Notes: generated by a model from the letters alone, not told the origin. DNA of 64,000 bases from Candidatus Saccharimonadales bacterium (GCA_038317055.1 JBBQBA010000001.1:408153-472152); one strand, 5' to 3'; numbered from the stretch's first letter, positions 38,397-47,338 are shown. Made by a program: numbers and translations.

Positions 38397-39266
38397 ATGT
38401 TTGGTGGTAAAAAACCACAGGGTTTTACTATAGTAGAGACAGTCATATTCCTAGCAATTAGTGGGATACTTTTTGTGAGCGTCGTAGGCCTTATTCAAAA
38501 TAAGCAAAGCAGCACGTATTTTACTCAGGGGTCACACGAAGTATTTTCTCAGATTCAAAGTCTTTCTAACAGTGTACAAACAGGTTATTTTAACGATGCT
38601 AACAAATATTCCTGTACCGCTCCGTTAAATGGCCCTATTTCTTTTGGTGGAGTAAACTCACAGGGTTCAAGTTTTGGTTGTACCTTTATTGGTTATGTTC
38701 TTCAGTTCCAACCTATGCCTCCGCCAATTGTCGCAAATAATAATACAAAATATAATGAATATGCTGTGTTTGGTAGACAATTTGCCGATGGCAGTACCAC
38801 AGATTCACCCGCTGACTTTGCCTCAGCTCGACCCGTAGCTCAACTTATAAAAACAGTTACTATTCCACCTCGTTTTACGATAAGTAGTATCCATTGTATA
38901 AGTTGTGTATCAACCCCCTTAAATAGTTTAGTCGGTTTTTTCTCTAATTTCTCTGTAACAACTGGTAGTGGAGCGGGCGCACTTAATACTCAACTTGTGC
39001 CAATACCAACGACTGCTCAATTTGTAACTCCAGCAAATGCACAGTCATATATTGCTGGTTTATTTAATTGTGGGTCAAATGTTTGTAGTACTGGCGGTAC
39101 AACACCTACAGTTGCAAATCCAACTAGTGGAATCGACATATGTCTTCAAAGCACTGCAGATCTAACTAAGTATGCCGTTATTACTATTGGTGGCAGTACA
39201 GCGGGTGGTGCAGGTAACCCCTTAAGCGTGCAACTAAAATCATATCAAGGAGCAACATGTACATAA
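38397..39266 (+). CDS. Pilin-like protein (minor pilin candidate)
   Basis: MFGGKKPQG/FTIVETVIFLAISGILFV is a class III signal with E+5. 289 aa, with several Cys. Confidence 0.65.
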   Translation: MFGGKKPQGFTIVETVIFLAISGILFVSVVGLIQNKQSSTYFTQGSHEVFSQIQSLSNSVQTGYFNDANKYSCTAPLNGPISFGGVNSQGSSFGCTFIGYVLQFQPMPPPIVANNNTKYNEYAVFGRQFADGSTTDSPADFASARPVAQLIKTVTIPPRFTISSIHCISCVSTPLNSLVGFFSNFSVTTGSGAGALNTQLVPIPTTAQFVTPANAQSYIAGLFNCGSNVCSTGGTTPTVANPTSGIDICLQSTADLTKYAVITIGGSTAGGAGNPLSVQLKSYQGATCT

Positions 39267-39778
39267 GCAAACTAATTAATAACTCATATGGTGATACTAT
39301 TGTTGAAGTACTTATTTCTATCACCGTTCTATCTCTAATTTTAACCGGTGCTTATGTTACATCAAATCAGTCTCTCCGTCAGATAAGGTCAGCTCAAGAA
39401 AAAATACAAGCTTTGGGTATTGCCCAGACACAAGTAGAAAATTTAAGGGCTCAGTCAGTTGCGATTTTCGGTATCCCCGGCAATGCGCAATACCACGCAC
39501 CCATTAATAAAGCTTTTTGTTTTAATAACGTAAACACATTTCTCCCGCAGCCAATAGTAGAGCCTCCTGTTGGTAATCCCGGCTCTTGTGTATTTAACTC
39601 CGGAGTTTCAGTTGTTAGCTATACCGTAACCATAACTGGTGAAGGAATAGGTAAAACAGGTACCAATCCACTTATGCCAATAGACACATATAGTTTCGAC
39701 ATTAACGTAAAATGGTTAAGTGCTACCTCAGATATTAAGTATGATCAAGTGAATATTCACTACAGAGTGAGCATATAA
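39257..39778 (+). CDS. Pilin-like protein with atypical +1 residue
   Basis: MYISKLINNSYG/DTIVEVLISITVLSLIL has G-1 and E+5 but Asp rather than Phe at +1. Overlaps the previous gene by 10 nt. Confidence 0.5.
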   Translation: MYISKLINNSYGDTIVEVLISITVLSLILTGAYVTSNQSLRQIRSAQEKIQALGIAQTQVENLRAQSVAIFGIPGNAQYHAPINKAFCFNNVNTFLPQPIVEPPVGNPGSCVFNSGVSVVSYTVTITGEGIGKTGTNPLMPIDTYSFDINVKWLSATSDIKYDQVNIHYRVSI

Positions 39779-39782
39779 ACAA

Positions 39783-40436
39783 ATGAACAAAGTAAATAAG
39801 AATTTAATCAGTGACCAATCAGGCTTTACGGTAATTGAACTTCTAATTTCCTCAATTGTGTTCACGCTTATTTTACTAGTTACAACCTATGGAATAATAC
39901 AAATTACTAGGGGCTATATTAAAGGTTCGGTCTCGGCGCAAGTTCAAAATAATAATAGATCTCTGGTAGATGAAATTACACAAAATATACAGTTAAGTAG
40001 TTCGTCCAGCGTTAACCCAGGACCTAATGTGCCAGCTAACTGGAAAAGTTTTTTTCCAACTTATTGGTTTTGTGTAAATGGTGTTAGATATATATATCAG
40101 TTTAATAACCCTCAACCATATGCACTTACCGAAGATAGCCACGGTATAAGCTGCTTAAGTCCTCAAGCTGATCCACCCTCAGCAGGCACTGGAGAAAAGT
40201 CTTTGCTAAATTCGAATACTCAACTTTTACGTCCAACGGGAGGAGGATCACAGTTAATTTATACAATTGGCTCCTCAGGATTATATGGAGTAACACTAGA
40301 TTTGTTGTTTGGTGGTCCCAGCACTTACGTTATTAACAGCGGAAAATATACTTGTCGATCAATTAGTTTAGGTGGTTCCTTCTGTAATAATTCAACAATA
40401 ACAACCGCAGTAGGTATTAGGAGTGGTATTCAATAA
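39783..40436 (+). CDS. Pilin-like protein (minor pilin candidate)
   Basis: ...LISDQSG/FTVIELLISSIVFTLILLV is a canonical class III signal. 217 aa. Confidence 0.65.
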   Translation: MNKVNKNLISDQSGFTVIELLISSIVFTLILLVTTYGIIQITRGYIKGSVSAQVQNNNRSLVDEITQNIQLSSSSSVNPGPNVPANWKSFFPTYWFCVNGVRYIYQFNNPQPYALTEDSHGISCLSPQADPPSAGTGEKSLLNSNTQLLRPTGGGSQLIYTIGSSGLYGVTLDLLFGGPSTYVINSGKYTCRSISLGGSFCNNSTITTAVGIRSGIQ

Positions 40437-40456
40437 TAATTGAACTATAATGTAAA

Positions 40457-41668
40457 ATGATAGACATAAGTATAACAATGAGTAAACCGAAACTAAATAA
40501 CATTCGAAATGACGAAAGAGGAATAGTAGCGATATTCTCAGCTCTTATTCTAATGGTCGTGATTAGTATAATTGTTATAGGCTTTTCACAGGTAGCAAGA
40601 CGAGAAGCCACTGATGCTTTAAACAGGCAACTTAGTACTACCGCTAGTTATGCTGCTGAATCAGGTATAAATGATGCATACTCACTAGTTAATTATTATC
40701 AAAGCCAATCAGCTACGATACCAGCAACCTTATCCTCATGTACATCAGGTCCTTATGTTCAAGGTACATCAAATGTATTAAACGCAGCGACTGGAGATAC
40801 ATACACCTGCTTAAGCATTAATCCACTTCCGCCCACAATTAGAAGTTCGGGTGGATCAGGGACATCACAAGTCTATGATCTTACTAGTAATTCGGGTGGT
40901 TTTAACGCTCTTGATATTAGCTATACAAACACTGGTTCAACGGCCTATAAGCCAAGTTTTTGTCCAGCATCACCGAATTTTACAAAAATATCAAATTGGC
41001 CAAGTACTTGCCCTCCAGTACTTCAAATTGATCTAGTACCAATACCAACTGCTCCTACTCCTTTTAGTGAAGCGCAACTTGCAAACTCGGTTAGAACAAT
41101 TTACCTATATCCGATAAATGCTGCTCCATCAGCTCCTGTAGTTATGAGTACTATTCAATCGGGTAAAATATATAATGTTGGATGTTCGCCCGCTACCTGT
41201 GATTTTAAATTAAGTAATATGACCGCCTGGTCAAGTGGTTTTTATCCACCAGGGGTAAATGAGTATTACTTAAAAGTTGGACGAGTTTATAACGGTGCAA
41301 ATATTACATTCTCAGGTACTATAAACTGTCTTTGTGCTACTGCTGTACAATTCAAAAACTCACAGGCACAGATTGATGTTACCGGAAAAGCTGGTCAATC
41401 AACTCCAGTATTAAGACGTACTCAAGTTTCAGTTGATATTGGAAGTACTGTTACGTCAACCGGTAATCCAATTCCACCTGTTCCGGCTAATGCTATACAA
41501 ACTGATAGTACATTATGTAAGCGAATTGTAGTGGGTAGTGGGTTCCTTCAGGAAAACATACCAGCATCTGCGCCAACAGATTACGCATATACGTCGAAAC
41601 TTAATCCTGCCTCTGATGCATCAGCACCATTCTTTAGCCGACAAGATAGCTGTAATCCTTTCTACTAG
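40457..41668 (+). CDS. PilX/TadG-like large pilus-associated protein
   Basis: N-terminus ...NDERGIVAIFSALILMVVISIIVIGF (hydrophobic helix without E+5), as in PilX_N/TadG-like proteins. 403 aa, S/T/P-rich with several Cys. The start may be Met8 (40478). Confidence 0.45.
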   Translation: MIDISITMSKPKLNNIRNDERGIVAIFSALILMVVISIIVIGFSQVARREATDALNRQLSTTASYAAESGINDAYSLVNYYQSQSATIPATLSSCTSGPYVQGTSNVLNAATGDTYTCLSINPLPPTIRSSGGSGTSQVYDLTSNSGGFNALDISYTNTGSTAYKPSFCPASPNFTKISNWPSTCPPVLQIDLVPIPTAPTPFSEAQLANSVRTIYLYPINAAPSAPVVMSTIQSGKIYNVGCSPATCDFKLSNMTAWSSGFYPPGVNEYYLKVGRVYNGANITFSGTINCLCATAVQFKNSQAQIDVTGKAGQSTPVLRRTQVSVDIGSTVTSTGNPIPPVPANAIQTDSTLCKRIVVGSGFLQENIPASAPTDYAYTSKLNPASDASAPFFSRQDSCNPFY

Positions 41669-41689
41669 GACCTAAACACAAGAGGATAA

Positions 41690-42700
41690 TTAACTGTCCT
41701 TATTATGAAATTGTTCGTGAACACTTTTTAAATGTGGATCAGTAACATGTGTGTAAATTTGTGTAGTTGCAATATTACTATGGCCGAGTAGCGCTTGTAC
41801 ACTTCGTAGATCTGCTCCATTCATAAGTAGATCTGTAGCATAAGAATGTCTCATAGTGTGAGGGCTTACATGCTTGGTTATTCCAGCTAATTTTGCGTAA
41901 CGAGCTACCATTCTTTGGATACTCCTGCTTGTCAGTCTATGATAATTACCATCCATGCTGGCTTCTTTATTACCGCTATATCGTACAAATAGGGCAGGGT
42001 CATTATCTTTGCGCTTATCCAGAAATTTTTGAACCCAATCCGAAGCTCTTTCACTAATAAAGATTGGACGATCTTTTTGGCCTTTACCCCGGACCATAAA
42101 TTCACGTCGTTTCAGATTGATATGATCCTTATTTAGTCCAACTAACTCAGATACACGAAGACCACTACTAAAAAGTAGTTCTAATATCGCTCGATCACGA
42201 AGTCCGTTAATCTTAGATATATCTGGCTGTTCAAATACTCGCTCTAGCTCATCAATGTTTAAAAATGTTACTTGTTTTCTAGCAGTTTTAGCTAGCTCTA
42301 TCTTATCTGGTGACATCGTCTTAATATCTCGCTTTGCGCAGTACCTTAGAAAACTTCTAAGAGCGATCAAATGGTAGTTCTGAGTAGATTTTTCTAGCTC
42401 ATCACTAGTGTTTGTACCTAATCGGTTTAACCAAAGTCGCCATTTTCTTATAAGTTCAGCATTTATATCACTAACCTTTATGTCACCAGCAAAATCTATG
42501 AGTCGCACAAGATAATGATCATAGTTAGCAATAGTTTTTTGTGAACGACCTTGCTCAATCTCCATGTGCTCTAAAAAATCGGTTTTAAGTTTAGAAAATT
42601 GCATAGTTCTATTGTATAGCATAAGAAAATTATTCACGTTTGGATACGCAATATCTGATCTGTTATAATCAAGAAATAAATAAAGGAAATTGTTACTCAA
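41690..42700 (-). CDS. Tyrosine recombinase XerC/XerD family
   Basis: C-terminal catalytic region HTMRHSYATDLLMNGADLRSVQALLGHSNIATTQIYTHV, and an N-terminal SAM-like domain (QKTIANYDHYL). The listed start is a TTG abutting ndk. Met33 (about 42604) is more likely and leaves room for the ndk promoter. Confidence 0.85.
   Translation of the reverse strand: MSNNFLYLFLDYNRSDIAYPNVNNFLMLYNRTMQFSKLKTDFLEHMEIEQGRSQKTIANYDHYLVRLIDFAGDIKVSDINAELIRKWRLWLNRLGTNTSDELEKSTQNYHLIALRSFLRYCAKRDIKTMSPDKIELAKTARKQVTFLNIDELERVFEQPDISKINGLRDRAILELLFSSGLRVSELVGLNKDHINLKRREFMVRGKGQKDRPIFISERASDWVQKFLDKRKDNDPALFVRYSGNKEASMDGNYHRLTSRSIQRMVARYAKLAGITKHVSPHTMRHSYATDLLMNGADLRSVQALLGHSNIATTQIYTHVTDPHLKSVHEQFHNKDS
42660..42668 (+). 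promoter_or_regulatory. Extended -10 element for ndk
   Basis: tgttataat about 32 nt upstream of the ndk ATG, followed by aaagga SD-like sequence. Confidence 0.35.
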
Positions 42701-43216
42701 ATGGAAAAAACTCTGATTATATTAAAACCTGACGCGGTTCAACGACAAATTACTGGCGAAATAATTACTAGATTTGAAAAAGCTGGACTAAAAATAGTTG
42801 GTGTAAAGATGATATTGCCTAATCGTGATCAATATCATCACCACTATGAAGGTATTAGTAAGATGGTATCAAGAAGAGGTGAGGAAGCATTTGAAGCAAC
42901 CCTAAAAGCCATGCAAGAAGGTCCAGTCATTGCAATGGTATTAGAGGGAATTGAAGCAGTTAGTATTGTCAGAAAGCTAGTTGGAACGACTGAACCAAAA
43001 GAAGCAAACCCAGGAACAATAAGGGGCGATTACTCTCACATTAGTTTTGATTATTCTAAAAAAGTTAATAGTGGTATACCAAATCTTGTTCACGCCTCAG
43101 GTGATCCAAGCGAAGCTGAACAAGAAATTGCACACTGGTTCAATAAAGATGAACTATTTGACTACACTACAGTGCACGATTACTTTACTCATGTAAAAAC
43201 TGAGTCGCGAAAATAA
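42701..43216 (+). CDS. ndk: Nucleoside diphosphate kinase
   Basis: TLIILKPDAVQR, GTTEPKEANPGTIRGDY and NLVHASGD (active-site His). 171 aa. Confidence 0.95.
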   Translation: MEKTLIILKPDAVQRQITGEIITRFEKAGLKIVGVKMILPNRDQYHHHYEGISKMVSRRGEEAFEATLKAMQEGPVIAMVLEGIEAVSIVRKLVGTTEPKEANPGTIRGDYSHISFDYSKKVNSGIPNLVHASGDPSEAEQEIAHWFNKDELFDYTTVHDYFTHVKTESRK

Positions 43217-43262
43217 TAGAAATAGTTTTTGTTACTTAAACGTAGGATAATAGACCAAATAG

Positions 43263-43337
43263 GCCCCTATAGCTCAATGGATAGAGTAGTTCCGTCCTAA
43301 GGAAATGATCTACGTTCGAATCGTAGTAGGGGCACCA
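43263..43337 (+). tRNA. tRNA-Arg (anticodon CCT)
   Basis: Hand-folded cloverleaf: acceptor GCCCCTA/TAGGGGC, D-arm GCTC-AATGGATA-GAGT, anticodon loop GTCCTAA, T-arm CTACG-TTCGAAT-CGTAG, encoded CCA. One G-A mismatch in the anticodon stem and G32 lower confidence. Confidence 0.75.
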
Positions 43338-43351
43338 TTTAAACAGTTAAG

Positions 43352-44056
43352 TTAAGTAATTATTTGATTTTGGGTACTAGGGACAAGTGGTGCATGCACT
43401 GGTAAATGTTCAAAACCATCTTTTAATAATTCTTCGTTTGAGCTTATAATCATATTCAATTGATTACTACTTAATTGTTCACTACCAATTCCGATCCCAT
43501 CTTTACCGGTAGTATACTCAGGATTACTAGAAATATTTCCCGCATTATCGTATGTAGTAGTAGATATGAACCAGCCACCGTTTTCGTTGGTTAGCGTAAA
43601 CTTATATCTATCAGTGCCAGTTTTTTTATTCGAAACTAGAATTTCCACTAAACTTACGTTATCTGTACTTACTTTATGGTCTTTATTTGATAAGCCAATA
43701 ACTTCTATAACTATATTGTTGTTACCTTTTGTAAAATCAGCCATATAGTTAGCTGAAGCCGAACTCAATTTTCCAGTAGCTTCACTTGAGTTAGGGTGTT
43801 TAATATGTGCATGATTTACACTAGCGAATTTCATTAGGCCAACTGCGTAATTACCTACAAAATCTTTGGTTTCTTGTTCAATAGAAGGCTGAATATTAGC
43901 TCTAGTTAGTACCGCAGGTCTATCTGGTGATGCTTGAGCAGGGGTTGAGTTAGCAGCTAACATTCCGGTTGCTGCAAAGCCAACTATAGCTAGTTTTTTA
44001 AGTATTTTTGTTTTGTAGGGCTTTGAAGATTCTTTAGCTTCAGGGCTTTTTAACAT
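43352..44056 (-). CDS. Secreted hypothetical protein
   Basis: From Met23 of the listed ORF: MLKSPEAKESSKPYKTKILKKLAIVGFAATGMLAANSTPAQA/SP is a signal peptide. No known motif in the mature part. Confidence 0.4.
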   Translation of the reverse strand: MLKSPEAKESSKPYKTKILKKLAIVGFAATGMLAANSTPAQASPDRPAVLTRANIQPSIEQETKDFVGNYAVGLMKFASVNHAHIKHPNSSEATGKLSSASANYMADFTKGNNNIVIEVIGLSNKDHKVSTDNVSLVEILVSNKKTGTDRYKFTLTNENGGWFISTTTYDNAGNISSNPEYTTGKDGIGIGSEQLSSNQLNMIISSNEELLKDGFEHLPVHAPLVPSTQNQIIT

Positions 44057-44210
44057 AGCATGATTATAGCATAAGCGTGACCGAACGTCAATAATAGTAC
44101 TAATTAATAATATTATAATCATTATTGTAGTTAGTAATTAGCTGCAAGATATTATCTGTTACTAAAGCCAAGGTATGGACTAGATCAAGGAAAAAAGTTA
44201 CGCTTACCCT

Positions 44211-44753
44211 ATGAGTCAAAAACATTTCTCAGACCAATTAGACAACGAAGAAGTACTCCTAGTATTTAGAAAACATCCAGTTGTTATGCGTAAAGGTCTA
44301 ATTCTAGCAATGCTTTGCTTACTTATAGGTACTATTCCATCACTCATAAAGCCTCAATATAGTTATTTCGTCGAGGGATTACTTGCTGGTTGTGTACTAG
44401 GTGCAATACTATACTCACCTTGGTGGATAAGCTGGTTTTATACGGTATTCATAGTTACAGATCACAGATTTATCCAAATCACACAAAAGGGTTTATTCCA
44501 TAGAAGTGTAGTCGATATTGGAATTAATCAAATACAGATGGTTAATTATGAAATTAACGGTATACAGGAGACATTACTGGGATTTGGTACTATAATTATA
44601 CAGACGTATATGGGTGATTTAATAATTCATGAAATACATCATCCAGCCAGGACACAACAAGCTATACTTGGTATACTTCGCGACAGCGGAATAGTACCGG
44701 TTGTGCCATTAAACGAGGAAGGTTCGAACATTGATGAAGCCGCAACAGAATAA
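44211..44753 (+). CDS. Membrane protein with bacterial PH (YdbS/YdbT-like) domain (tentative)
   Basis: LLVFRKHPVVMRKGLILAMLCLLIG..., two TM segments, then a beta-rich domain, the typical bPH2/DUF304 layout. Confidence 0.4.
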   Translation: MSQKHFSDQLDNEEVLLVFRKHPVVMRKGLILAMLCLLIGTIPSLIKPQYSYFVEGLLAGCVLGAILYSPWWISWFYTVFIVTDHRFIQITQKGLFHRSVVDIGINQIQMVNYEINGIQETLLGFGTIIIQTYMGDLIIHEIHHPARTQQAILGILRDSGIVPVVPLNEEGSNIDEAATE

Positions 44754-45819
44754 ATTTCTGAAGCCTGTACATAAAATTAAAGAACAGGTAAAACCAACAG
44801 AAGTAAATCCAGAAGAGCCCAAAACTGAGGCTGTCCCGCGGATTACCAACGAAACGGTAGCAATGCACCGAGAGGATGTTTTGAAGGGAGCGCGGAAGTA
44901 CATATATCCACTTCAACATTCTAAAAATCGCATTATTTTTCTAACAACCACTTTAATTATCGTATTAATAGTTGGCTTCTTTACTTATGCCACACTTGCC
45001 CTTTATAAATTTCAGAGTTATTCGACTTTCTTATATAAAGTAACTCAAGTAATTCCGTTCCCGATAGCTAGAGTGAACGGACACTTTATCTCATATAATA
45101 ACTATCTATTCGAATTAGAACATTATGTTCATTACTATCAGACGCAGGAAAAACTAAATTTTAGTACTGCCTCCGGTAAACAACAACTTGCAGACTATAA
45201 AGCTCGAGCCTTAGATAAAATATTAACTGATGCATATGTAAGTGAACTAGCTTCTAAAAATAAAGTTGTGGTTTCAAAGCAGCAATTAAATGATCAAATA
45301 ACTATAGTTAGAGAAGAGAATAGACTAGGACAGAATCAATCTGAGTTTAATAGCGTACTTAAGAATTATTATGGCTGGACGCAGAATGACTTTAAGCGAG
45401 AGTTAAAAACCCAACTACTTGAAGGAGATTTAGTATCAAAACTAGATGTAGCTACTCATGCCAAAGCTGATTCTGCCTATGCTCAACTTCAAAAGGGTAC
45501 AGATTTTGCCACGCTAGCTAGTCAAGTTTCTGATGATACAACTACAAAACCAAACGGTGGTGCATATGGCTTCTCAATAAGTCGAAATAACGTAAATGTT
45601 TCACCATTAGTAGTAAGTGCTTTGTTCCAAACAAAGCCTGGTCAATATACGCCGATAATTAATACTGGTCCAAGCCTCGAAATAGATAAAAACATATCCC
45701 AAACAGGTGATCAAATTCAAGCCTCTCATATGGTTTTTAACTTCCAGGATATAAATACTTACCTCAGTTCGGTAAAGAATCTTCAAAAAGCTCGAGTATA
45801 CATAAAAATGAATCAATAA
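44731..45819 (+). CDS. PpiC/parvulin-type peptidyl-prolyl isomerase, SurA/PrsA-like, membrane anchored
   Basis: 362 aa. N-terminal TM, a SurA-N-like helical region, and the parvulin-like segment GTDFATLASQVSDDTTTKPNGGAYGF. Confidence 0.55.
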   Translation: MMKPQQNKFLKPVHKIKEQVKPTEVNPEEPKTEAVPRITNETVAMHREDVLKGARKYIYPLQHSKNRIIFLTTTLIIVLIVGFFTYATLALYKFQSYSTFLYKVTQVIPFPIARVNGHFISYNNYLFELEHYVHYYQTQEKLNFSTASGKQQLADYKARALDKILTDAYVSELASKNKVVVSKQQLNDQITIVREENRLGQNQSEFNSVLKNYYGWTQNDFKRELKTQLLEGDLVSKLDVATHAKADSAYAQLQKGTDFATLASQVSDDTTTKPNGGAYGFSISRNNVNVSPLVVSALFQTKPGQYTPIINTGPSLEIDKNISQTGDQIQASHMVFNFQDINTYLSSVKNLQKARVYIKMNQ

Positions 45820-45839
45820 GTAGGTATTCAACACCCCTA

Positions 45840-45914
45840 TGGTGCGGATACTGGGAATCGGACCCAGCTCTCAGCCTTGGGAAGGCTACATATTAACCAC
45901 TATACGATACCCGC
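45840..45914 (-). tRNA. tRNA-Gly (anticodon CCC)
   Basis: Reverse complement GCGGGTA-TC-GTAT...TAGCC-TTCCCAA-GGCTG...CTGGG-TCCGATT-CCCAG-TATCCGC-A-CCA. The T-loop reads TCC instead of TTC. Confidence 0.8.
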
Positions 45915-45925
45915 TTAAAACAAAT

Positions 45926-46001
45926 TGGAGCCGACAAGCGGAATCGAACCGCTGACCTACGCTTTACGAAAGCGCCGCTCTACCAACTGAGCTATGTCGG
46001 C
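45926..46001 (-). tRNA. tRNA-Thr (anticodon CGT)
   Basis: Reverse complement GCCGACA-TA-GCTC-AGTTGGTA-GAGC-G-GCGCT-TTCGTAA-AGCGT-AGGTC-AGCGG-TTCGATT-CCGCT-TGTCGGC-T-CCA. Confidence 0.88.
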
Positions 46002-46082
46002 AATAATAGAATTAAGTATAACAAACAGGCTAATAATGGTTGTCTTATAAGGGTGAAACTGTTATGATTTTGCATGTTCTAT

Positions 46083-46158
46083 GGGCTCGTAGTGAAGTGG
46101 TTATCACGCCTCCCTGTCACGGAGGAGATCGCCGGTTCAAATCCGGTCGAGCCCGCCA
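46083..46158 (+). tRNA. tRNA-Asp (anticodon GTC)
   Basis: GGGCTCG-TA-GTGA-AGTGGTTA-TCAC-G-CCTCC-CTGTCAC-GGAGG-AGATC-GCCGG-TTCAAAT-CCGGT-CGAGCCC-G-CCA. Confidence 0.9.
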
Positions 46159-46195
46159 GATTGACTTTTATTATTATTTATGCTAAAATATATGT

Positions 46196-47227
46196 ATGAA
46201 TAGCTCTGGCACTTCCCCAGAATGGAACGCAAAACACATAACTGCCCTAGAACATCCTATAAGTGAATTTAACGCCCGTGGCGGACTAGATCTTGATGAG
46301 TATCAAAAAGTAGAACAGCACCTGATAACTGAGCACCCCCACTTAGGCGCAGATGAATGGATAAAAATACAAAAAGAATTGCCTGCTTTCGAGCTAAGGG
46401 AAGACCCCAATACTGGGCAGAAAATACGAATCCAGAAGTTTAACTGGCCTGAAGACGGTCAAGTAGCTGAGCAAGCGGTCACGTTCATGAATATGCCTTT
46501 CAGCGTACCAGCCGACCCTAATCATATTCAGTATGAGCATTATCTAGTGGCAAAAGAACTGGAATCACCATTTGTAGTCTTTGAAAACCCTGCCTACGGT
46601 GGTTCTGATAAGCTAACTCAAGCTCAGAAGGATGCCTTAAAAGATGATGGTGACTTCGGACCTATTGCGGAGTACATGCTCGGTATAGCTGGATCCTTAG
46701 GTGTTAAGAAAGTAAACTTTATTGGATATTCAATGGGAGCTGAAACGGCTGCTGCTATGGCAGCTCACGCTTCTAAACATGGTATCGAGGTAGAGAACTT
46801 ATTTGTTATGGAAGCTCCTCGAATTACTACTCACAAACCCGTAAAACTAGCTCGTGATTTCATGAGTGATGCTAGTAACCTCAAGTTTACTTGGAAGCAT
46901 CCAATTGACCCTGTATTGCGTGAAGTAGGTAAGCTGAAGCCCTCACTACCAAAAGGCACATTATCCTATGGTAAAGCCATGACCAAAGGCGGCTTAGATG
47001 CTGACCTTAGAACCGCACTAGACAGCCAACCCAATATGCGTCTGACTATTGCCTCAGCAGGAGCCAGTAAAATTAGTCCATCAGAGGCTAATAACACTGT
47101 ATTTACTGGACTGGGTTCAGCTTATCCAGACCGTTCGATTCGTCGTATTATTATTCCTGGCGAAGGCCATGCGTATGGTGACTCTGGCCAAAGATTTGCT
47201 CAGCTAGGTAAACTCATTTTACGCTAA
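46196..47227 (+). CDS. Alpha/beta-fold hydrolase (unknown specificity)
   Basis: 343 aa. Nucleophile elbow GYSMG in VNFIGYSMGAETAA and a likely catalytic His in PGEGHAYGD. No signal peptide. Confidence 0.6.
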   Translation: MNSSGTSPEWNAKHITALEHPISEFNARGGLDLDEYQKVEQHLITEHPHLGADEWIKIQKELPAFELREDPNTGQKIRIQKFNWPEDGQVAEQAVTFMNMPFSVPADPNHIQYEHYLVAKELESPFVVFENPAYGGSDKLTQAQKDALKDDGDFGPIAEYMLGIAGSLGVKKVNFIGYSMGAETAAAMAAHASKHGIEVENLFVMEAPRITTHKPVKLARDFMSDASNLKFTWKHPIDPVLREVGKLKPSLPKGTLSYGKAMTKGGLDADLRTALDSQPNMRLTIASAGASKISPSEANNTVFTGLGSAYPDRSIRRIIIPGEGHAYGDSGQRFAQLGKLILR

Positions 47228-47338
47228 ATCTGGTGAACTCAGAGTATACTTACTCATTATAAAAAAGCTCCAGGCCTGCCCCCTATTAGACTGGAACCGT
47301 TCGGAAATCCGACTCTATACCCCGCCAAGTATTGATTT

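Noticed and set aside
41690-42700. Tyrosine recombinase as the integrase of the 46-48 kb accessory patch
   Set aside because: It has a typical XerC/D N-terminal domain. It is separated from the patch by ndk, a tRNA and three conserved-looking genes, and no flanking direct repeats are seen. It is most likely the chromosomal dimer-resolution recombinase.
42600-42703. An apparent 1-nt discrepancy between my hand-counted positions and the ORF-track coordinates around the xer/ndk junction
   Set aside because: It is almost certainly my own counting error over about 900 nt. ORF-track coordinates were kept for CDSs, and hand-derived coordinates are flagged as +/-2 nt.
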